The translations under genes and the position numbers were made by a program. The notes under the pieces are model-generated. The model was not told the DNA's origin, ran no database searches, and was given only the letters and a program-made list of their open reading frames with translations. A DNA stretch of 56,812 nucleotides, the filler included, from Basidiobolus ranarum (Eukaryota): the NCBI GenBank assembly GCA_040143965.1. It is 2 parts of 2 records of this genome, joined end to end, with 100 filler letters (N's around TTAATTAATTAA, not from the genome) between each part and the next. Parts side by side here need not be neighbours in the genome. Positions count along the whole stretch, not along the records: positions 28,528 to 56,812 come from JASJQH010006992.1; 1 more part is not named here. One strand, 5' to 3'. How positions within the stretch are numbered: the first letter of the stretch is position 1; the number at the start of each line of letters is the position of its first letter. Shown here piece by piece: positions 49,588 through 56,812 of this stretch.

Positions 49588-49798
49588 CACAAATGTTACG
49601 TTTATAACTTTAAAATCTCTAATGCATAAATGAGAATCTCGGAGAGTGATTTTTCATATCCAACCCCCCTCGCCATTTTTACACTTACAAATAGGGGGTG
49701 GGGGCCTGCAGATGGTAGCTAGAGTTAAATACGCTCTTCATCCCACTTCCTGCTTCCCATCTTTCCTTTTCTCTCTTCTAGTCATCCTTTAGATAAAT

Positions 49799-50083
49799 AT
49801 GTCCATTAGGTCAGCTGGGTATCTTGTCATGTTCCTAATCTACTTCAGTCTTACTGTTGTTCTGTCGCACCCAATCAGCGTATATGACTACACCTACGAA
49901 CCTACGGAGATCAGTCAATCTGACAAACTGAAGTTTCAAACCATGGAAGAGACAGCTATGAATAGCTGGAAACCCCGTGAAGTATTTGAATTTGACGAGA
50001 AGTTAGATGCTGAGGATTTCGATGATAGTGACTTCTATGATGATGAAGGCGATTATTCCGACGAAGAATTGGAGTATTATTAG
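49799..50083 (+). CDS. Small secreted acidic protein
   Basis: Signal peptide followed by a D/E/Y-rich tail. Confidence 0.65.
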   Translation: MSIRSAGYLVMFLIYFSLTVVLSHPISVYDYTYEPTEISQSDKLKFQTMEETAMNSWKPREVFEFDEKLDAEDFDDSDFYDDEGDYSDEELEYY

Positions 50084-50310
50084 AAATGTAGAATATATAT
50101 ATATTATCCTTAAGTTTGTCTAAATTACCCACATTCTCCATAAATTATTGATCTCACTTTTAGATAATTTCGCCTAAGCCACCATTATCTTTAGCTCTCC
50201 CTCCTTGACTTCAAGTTAGATAAATTAAGCAGAAAATGAAGTGTAATAAGATATAGAACGATAGTCAGCATAAAAACAAATTTTACTTCCAATATTAACA
50301 GTCAATTTGC

Positions 50311-50406
50311 TTTGTTTCTTTAACCCAGCCTGTATTCAAGGTGTTAATCATTTGTTTCTTTTAACCCAGGCCGAATTCATGATGATAATCATTTGTTTCT
50401 TTCAAC
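50311..50406. repeat. Imperfect ~40-bp tandem repeat (about 2.4 copies)
   Basis: TTTGTTTCTTT(T)AACCCAG recurs, with TAATCATTTGTTTCTTT twice. Confidence 0.75.
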
Positions 50407-50588
50407 TAAGACTGATTATGCTTACTATAGAGAGTGCCTACAATAGAGGATTTCAAGGAAAAGAGAGCAGATACGGGCAGCACAGCCTTGATTCTTGCTT
50501 GTCTGAATATAATATATTGATTTAGCACTAGAAACAGTAATTCTTATTCATACTTTATTAAAAATCTTTAAATCATAGGATCACATAT

Positions 50589-51032
50589 TTAACTATCATA
50601 TTCATCTTCATCCTCGTCTTCACCTTCATCACCTCCACTCCCCTCATTTTCATTGTATGAGCCTTCCTCTGTATCATCAACATCCTCGTCATCGTAGGCA
50701 TCCTCTACAGAATCACTACTACTAGCTTTGGCCTCCTCGTAATTGTTATCATCCACCTCTGGGGATTCACTATGCTTGAAGGAGTAATTGGCACGTCGAC
50801 TCCCGTTATAATTCCCTCCATATGTCGATCTCTTGGTCCATCTACCATTATCTGGTGCGTTTCGGTCACCCTCCTCAGCTCCATCTTCAAGATAAGGATC
50901 GACAGTATCACCATCGGCTGTAGCCGGATAATCCTGTGTCGACCCATGAGTAAGAGAGTTACCATCCTGGTAAGCCGGAGCTCCATTCACAGTAATTACA
51001 CATAATAGTGATAGTAGAGGAATCAATCTCAT
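50589..51032 (-). CDS. Small secreted acidic protein with dibasic sites
   Basis: Signal peptide MRLIPLLSLLCVITVNG-AP; D/E-rich; KR and RR sites. Confidence 0.7.
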   Translation of the reverse strand: MRLIPLLSLLCVITVNGAPAYQDGNSLTHGSTQDYPATADGDTVDPYLEDGAEEGDRNAPDNGRWTKRSTYGGNYNGSRRANYSFKHSESPEVDDNNYEEAKASSSDSVEDAYDDEDVDDTEEGSYNENEGSGGDEGEDEDEDEYDS

Positions 51033-51921
51033 GTTCTTCAAATGGAATATTGATGTTTCGTATGAAAATTCCGTCCCTTTTATACTCCATCGGACAGGAT
51101 AATGTATGTAAGAGTATTCTTTTAATTATCTATCGGGGTACTTGCGGAGTGTTTATATGCAGGACTTCTACTTACACTAGGAATTCCCCGCTCTATGAAT
51201 TCTTATGCGTACATATTATCCACCTCCTTTATTTTGACAGTTATGCTGCTACTACCCCTGTAACAAATACCCTGTAATACACCATTGATTATCTACAATA
51301 CTTGAATAGGTTGGAAATGGGATTCCTGAATGGGATTCCTGTATACATACCTCAATATGTTGCATCTGTAAGACTAACTGGATTTGATGAGCTCTGTTGG
51401 GTGCAGATACATTTCACTAGTTGTTCAACAATCCAAGTAGTAATTGAATGACCAAGTTCGCAACTTGGCTCAGATTATTCTTTAATACAGTGATATGGAT
51501 CAAACGGGGCATAGCACCATCACCAACTGATTAAATAACCACCAATCCCTCACAGTACACTACACTAGCTACACTAGTAATATTCTCAGTGAATTATGGA
51601 AAATAGCGAAGAAATTGCTGGATCAACTAGTAAAGTGTATCTGCAACTTCACTGATTGGTTAAATGGATTGTGTGGGAATACTATGAGAAGGTTAAGAAA
51701 TACAATACCAGCACATGGTTCGTTACTAACATGTGGAACTATGCACAGATATATTAGTAATCAAATTGAGACTTCCTATTGTGATCTAGACAGCATTGAT
51801 ATTTAATGAAGTCCACTAATTTGGACATGGGCAGTAATTTCGGTGTCTTATTTATTTCTCTTTACATATGAATTCTTTTCACAATCAATGTGAAAATCAA
51901 GTGAATGGTCAATGGAACAGT

Positions 51922-52512
51922 TTACTGAAGTTTACAATTTGTACGGGAAAAGTCAACATGACTAAGACGACTACTGTATTTTCCATCGAGTTGATTGTAA
52001 TATTTCTTGTCACCAACTAAAAAGTCAATCTGATTCTTGCCAAAACTCCATCCAATATCATCCACTCTAACGCAGCCATTATGGATACGGCCATTAGGCA
52101 TTTTAAGTCCTTTAAGTTGCTTTACCAGAATCTTAGTGCCAAGAGGAATATCATTGGCAGAAACACTGATGAAAGGTTTGAGTGCATTATCTTTGGCACC
52201 AACGCCATAGGGAAAACGGCCTTTGTTAATAGTGGTGAAACAGCTGTATCCTCCTTTGCAGGCGCAATCAAGGTTTAATACAATACCGTTGCGTAAACGG
52301 GCAGTTCCTTCCATACGAGCTGCATTGGCAAAAGAACTAGAAACCTTGGCGATTTGCTTTCCAGAGCAAGTCTTAATAGTAACAGTCTTGGAACCAGAAT
52401 GTTCACTTTCGTTGGCAATCCAATAGAAAGTCATCTTGACATTCTTTGCTATAACTGACGTCTGGATAAGTGACAAGCCGAGAACAAGAATTAAGAGTAA
52501 TTTAGAAAACAT
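51922..52512 (-). CDS. Secreted basic 3D (Asp-Asp-Asp)/MltA-like double-psi beta-barrel protein, intronless
   Basis: Signal peptide; MTFYW, PFISVSAND-IPLGTKILV, VDDIG...QIDFLVG match the 3D pattern (AvD..IPLGT....DtG..I....iD). Confidence 0.75.
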   Translation of the reverse strand: MFSKLLLILVLGLSLIQTSVIAKNVKMTFYWIANESEHSGSKTVTIKTCSGKQIAKVSSSFANAARMEGTARLRNGIVLNLDCACKGGYSCFTTINKGRFPYGVGAKDNALKPFISVSANDIPLGTKILVKQLKGLKMPNGRIHNGCVRVDDIGWSFGKNQIDFLVGDKKYYNQLDGKYSSRLSHVDFSRTNCKLQ

Positions 52513-53921
52513 TACAGGAACCAGAATCAATGGAAGAGCTTTATCAGTAGTTTTGCCTGCTTATATAGGCCCATTCGAGACCAACCAGCTTAACTTCGAA
52601 TAGAAAGCGGAAAAAACTGGCTGCTCTCTTCCCTATAACTAGTAACGAAATGGTCTGGGCCACTTCCATGCATTTGGTTTACTTCAATTTTTAAATGCTA
52701 GATAATGTTTTGAGTAACTTGGCTCACATACTCACCTAAATACGTGCCGGGAATGTAGTACAAAAGAGATGTTTGTACGCACAGTGAATTAACTGTCCTT
52801 GTTCTTATCAGTCATTTGAATCCTATCTGTCTGATAACTCTTGAAGGCGCTATGGCAAGTAGCTCAGCCTGTTCAATGCTAGTCTTGTGTTTATTACTGT
52901 CTAGTTTATCCAGTAAACAAATCTACACGAATGTGAGAATGACATGGTGTGAGAACCAAAGTAGGGACAATCTCTGAAGTTGCTGCTATAGTGATGTAGA
53001 TCTAGAGTAATTTAATTGCGCGTCATTGTTGATTGAAATTAATGTGCATATAAATGCCATACACACTACATTGATACACACGATACACTGATACACACGG
53101 CTATAGGGATTAGAGTACATCTGTGTTCATGAGACTTTATGTGATCTGCAACACAGTATTCGAGAACGTTTTAAAGCAGTACCCGAATGATCAGTAACAA
53201 GAGGGGACGCACGAAGCATTGTTATTGTTGGATCTGAAGTGATTGGCGTTTTACTACCACGTACTACATATGGGCAGTGTCATCAGCAAATTAGGTGATC
53301 ATCACTTGCCATTCCCTTTTGCGAACTCCAGTTTTGTTTGTCAGAATCAGATTAGGTAATTACCTAGAACTCGGGTATAAATATCCCAGAAGGTTGCCAG
53401 AGTATTCTACAACTCTCGCACTAACCATATGAAAATCCTATTTACATATATATAATACAAGCCTAACGCAATCATGGCCTCAGAACATTCATCAGATGTT
53501 TACAAATAGACGGGGCCAATGGGAGAGGAGGTAAAAAGGAGTATTTGCATTTTTTTGCACAAGCGATTAATTGCGAGTTTTACAGCAGAGTTGTTTTGCT
53601 GGGAAGAGAGTAGAGAACATTTCTTCGGATGTATTCAGGACAGTGGGTGCACAGTTCTTTTGGAAGCTCTATGATTTATACATTAGACGTAGTTTTCATC
53701 CATTGGAACATTTTAGATCTACTGAATAGCTAACCAACTTGCCTAGCCAATCGTTTATTTTCATTGTCTAGTCGTTAAGAATCTTAATATATTATTATAT
53801 TCATGTGCCTGGATGCTAGGTTTACATGCTTTAAATCGGTGATTATAAAATTTTTTCTTCTTTTTATCTGAAAGTTGCAACTTTACCACCGGTGATTTTT
53901 ACTTTTTCTACGACTAGTGAA

Positions 53922-54279
53922 ATGGCTAGAGGACAGCAAAAGATTCAAGCCAGGTAGCTCAATTCTCCACATCTGTTTACAATTTATTATTTGTACGCTT
54001 AACTCTTTTCTTCTGTAAATAGAGAAAAGGCCCAAAAACTGGCCGAAGCCAAGGCGGGTGGTAAATCTCAATTTTCTGCTCGTGCAGCTGGTTTAAAAGC
54101 AGTTTGCCAAGTTTGCAAGGTACTGCTCACACTGAAGTGTCTTTACTTGTCTTTTCCCATGTGTTAATCTATCTTTATTTCTATAGAATCCCTGTGCCAA
54201 CTATAAGACTCTTGTTCAGCATATGGGCGCCAAACACCCCAACGCTCCAGTTCCTAGCGAAGAGTCCCTCGCTCTATAA
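53922..54279 (+). CDS. ZNF706-like small protein (SERF/4F5 N-terminus + C2H2 finger), two introns (absent from the ORF track)
   Basis: Spliced MARGQQKIQAR|EKAQKLAEAKAGGKSQ...CQVCK|NPCANYKTLVQHMGAKHP. Confidence 0.88.
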
Positions 54280-55124
54280 CTCTTCTCTTCAATCTAAGGA
54301 AGTAAAAGTTACGGATGATATAGAATGTATAGCCACCCTTACTCCCACTTCCATTAATACTATTACTCAATAAAGTCTTAACTTTACTTGTACAAACTAA
54401 GCGAAATGAATTACGTAAGTCATTCATATCTCTTAAATTAACGAAATTTGGGTTTCAGAAACTTGAATGAAAAAAAAGGGAATTTTTGGGACCAAATGAT
54501 TGACTCACAAATCAGGTATTCGCTGAGTATTTGGTTAGCATGCACATTGTCTACAATTATGGTGAGTGGTTGAGCAATACTCGCGGTGACCATAATCATA
54601 AGCATATATGTTACTTTCACAAGAAACAATATTGCTGGCTAACGGGAAAAGGAGTTAGAGCGGTGGTGATTGTTCAAGAGCTGTATGTATCCATATCTTA
54701 AACACCAATTCATGTATATATACATATCAGCATATATATTAGCATTGGTTGGTTATAATAGGGCTAAGTTTTGGGTAAGTAAACCAGAATCAGGATATAT
54801 TTGGCAATTACCGTGTCTCCTTGACCAGTACGAAAGTAGTTGGTAAATGTCGTTCAAATTGTTCAAATTGCCATCCGAACTGCTGTTCAAATCTAATGAT
54901 TGCTTTCAACTCTGTGTAATGGTTGATGACGTTGGAGCTAATCTCAAGCTGAATGAAACAAACGATCCTATGGTTGAACATTCGTATGTATACGTAAGTC
55001 TTAAAGTGACGTGTAAGCATAGTGCCACCGAAGTTATCGAAGAATGTATTTGCATACATTTACTTTGGATTTGAATAAATAGGCCCAGTTTGCCATGAGC
55101 CAGAACTACTGAACAACTTTCAAA

Positions 55125-56352
55125 ATGTCTATGAAATGCGCCGTTTTCAGTAAACAGGGTGGTGAGATTGAGGTAACTCAACAACCTATTCCCAAGCCGG
55201 GTCCCCAGGAGGTCTTAATCAAGGTTGAAGCTTGTGGAGTCTGTCATAGGTATGTGGTAGTAGCGTGTATTTTTTTACAAGCAATATTGGTGCTAATTTT
55301 CGTTGAAATTCTCCTAACAGTGACAGCATTCTTCAGCACAACGCTATGCCAGGTTTGGAGTACCCCAGGATTCCTGGACATGAAGTTATTGGTAAAATTA
55401 CGAAGCTTGGTGACAATGTAATATATTTTCTGGCGATAGTATATCTAATATCTGAAGTTCTAATTCGGTTTACTTGATTTTGTTTAAAGGTTGCATCATT
55501 CTTAAAAGAAGGAATGCGTGTAGGCGTTGGATGGAGTGGTGGTTATTGCAGTACATGTGAGCCATGTCGTCGTGGAGATTTTATTGACTGTGAAAAACAT
55601 TGGATTACCGGAGTATATCAAAATGGAGGTTATGCGGAATACATGGTAGCGAGACAGTCCGCTTGCTGCAGAGTCCCTGATGAATTAAGTTCAGCAGAGG
55701 CTGCTCCATTGCTTTGCGCTGGAATCACAGTCTATAATTCAATGAGGCATATGAACAACATTCGACCTGGCGATGTATGTGCTGTAGTGGGTATTGGTGG
55801 CCTTGGCCACTTGGCCATTCAGTATGCAAATAAGTTTGGTTATAATACTGTTGCATTATCAAGCTCGGCCTCTAAAAAAGATCTTGCGCAAGAGCTTGGT
55901 GCACATTCGTACATTGACCAGTCGAAGGAGGATGCTATAGAGAAACTTCAAAAGTTAGGAGGTGCTAAATTAATTGTTGTAACTGCACCAGGCGGTGATG
56001 TCTCCAAATTAGTTGAAGGATTAGCTTTCGATGGAACATTACTTGTAGTATCTATGCTTCCAGAGCCTCTTAAAGTTAGTTCTGTCAATCTTATTCTTAA
56101 ACGTGCTCAAATTCGAGGATGGCCTAGTGGTACCCAAACGGTAAGCTATTAGTGATTCAATGCGCCTGACATGGTCCCTTCTAACATATTTCAACTATTA
56201 TTTTACAGGACGCCGAAGAAGCTCTGAAGTTTTCTGCTTTAACAGATACAAAACCAATGATTCAAACATACGAGATTGAACGTGCGAAAGATGCTTACGA
56301 TGATATGATGAGTGGCAAATCCAGATTCCGTAATGTGATAGTTTTCAAATAA
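55125..56352 (+). CDS. Zinc-dependent alcohol dehydrogenase (MDR family), three introns
   Basis: ACGVCHSD, PGHE, CSTCEPCRRG...C structural Zn site, PLLCAGITVY, GIGGLGH. Confidence 0.93.
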
Positions 56353-56626
56353 TCAAATCCAAGAAATTCACGGATAACATGTGTTTCCGTACATATTCCT
56401 AATGGATAAGGTCTCGAAATGCTAAGAGTTTATTGGGATCATCTTCATTTACTTGGACCTCGCAGTTCTCTTTTAAAATAAAATACTTTGTATAAATGAA
56501 CAATAATTAGGTTTCGTTTTGCTTTATTTCAATACAGTTGATAAATATCTATTTGCAAAGGTTAAGGAATAAATCCAAGAATATTCTTTATGTATCTTAA
56601 ACATATTTGTGGTGGTATCAGAGTAC

Positions 56627-56812
56627 TTAGTATTTGTCACCATATTTTCCACCTTCACCACCGCCATGGCCACTATAATCACCACCTTCGCCGCTACCAC
56701 CACCATGACCTCCATAATCGCCGGTATCGTATTTACCACCTCCACCGCCACCATTACCTCCATAGTCACCACCTTCACCATCACCACCACCATATTTACC
56801 ACCTTCGCCGCC
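56627..56812 (-). CDS. C-terminus of a Gly/Tyr-rich repetitive protein (runs off the window)
   Basis: Translation GGEGGKYGGGDGEGGDYGGNGGGGGGKYDTGDYGGHGGGSGEGGDYSGHGGGEGGKYGDKY*. Confidence 0.75.
   Translation of the reverse strand, partial: GGEGGKYGGGDGEGGDYGGNGGGGGGKYDTGDYGGHGGGSGEGGDYSGHGGGEGGKYGDKY

Noticed and set aside
56524..56802. Val/Met-rich 92-aa ORF from the track
   Set aside because: Alternative frame of the GGT-rich repeat; the Gly/Tyr frame ending at 56627 is the more plausible coding frame.

Overview
Eukaryotic, intron-rich fungal genomic DNA. Gene content and short GT-AG introns suggest an early-diverging fungus (Zoopagomycota/Mucoromycota-like; this is an inference). The window is two contigs joined by an artificial 100-bp N/TTAATTAATTAA/N linker at 28428-28527, so adjacency across it is not evidence of linkage. 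Both contigs begin with CpG-depleted LTR-retrotransposon debris, including two copies of one ~340-bp LTR. About 25 protein genes are supported: MFS sugar transporter, FMO, a 7TM protein, a self-sufficient P450-reductase fusion, two tandem CrgA/LONRF-like RING-LON genes, TMEM41-like, SFH1 with a GATA finger, LACTB2-like, KDM5/Lid2-like, CBF1-like, arrestin, COQ3, RPB4, a derlin-like protein, GPI16, several small secreted proteins including a 3D-domain protein, ZNF706-like and an ADH. There is also a tRNA-Leu(CAG) with a corrupted 3' half. The most notable observations are a KDM5 homolog with substituted catalytic residues (candidate pseudo-demethylase) that also carries a U12-like intron, an unexplained N-terminal domain on the P450 fusion, and an intronless, bacterial-type secreted 3D-domain protein. 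I found no single unambiguous novel multi-gene system. All family calls come from motif recognition by eye, not database searches.
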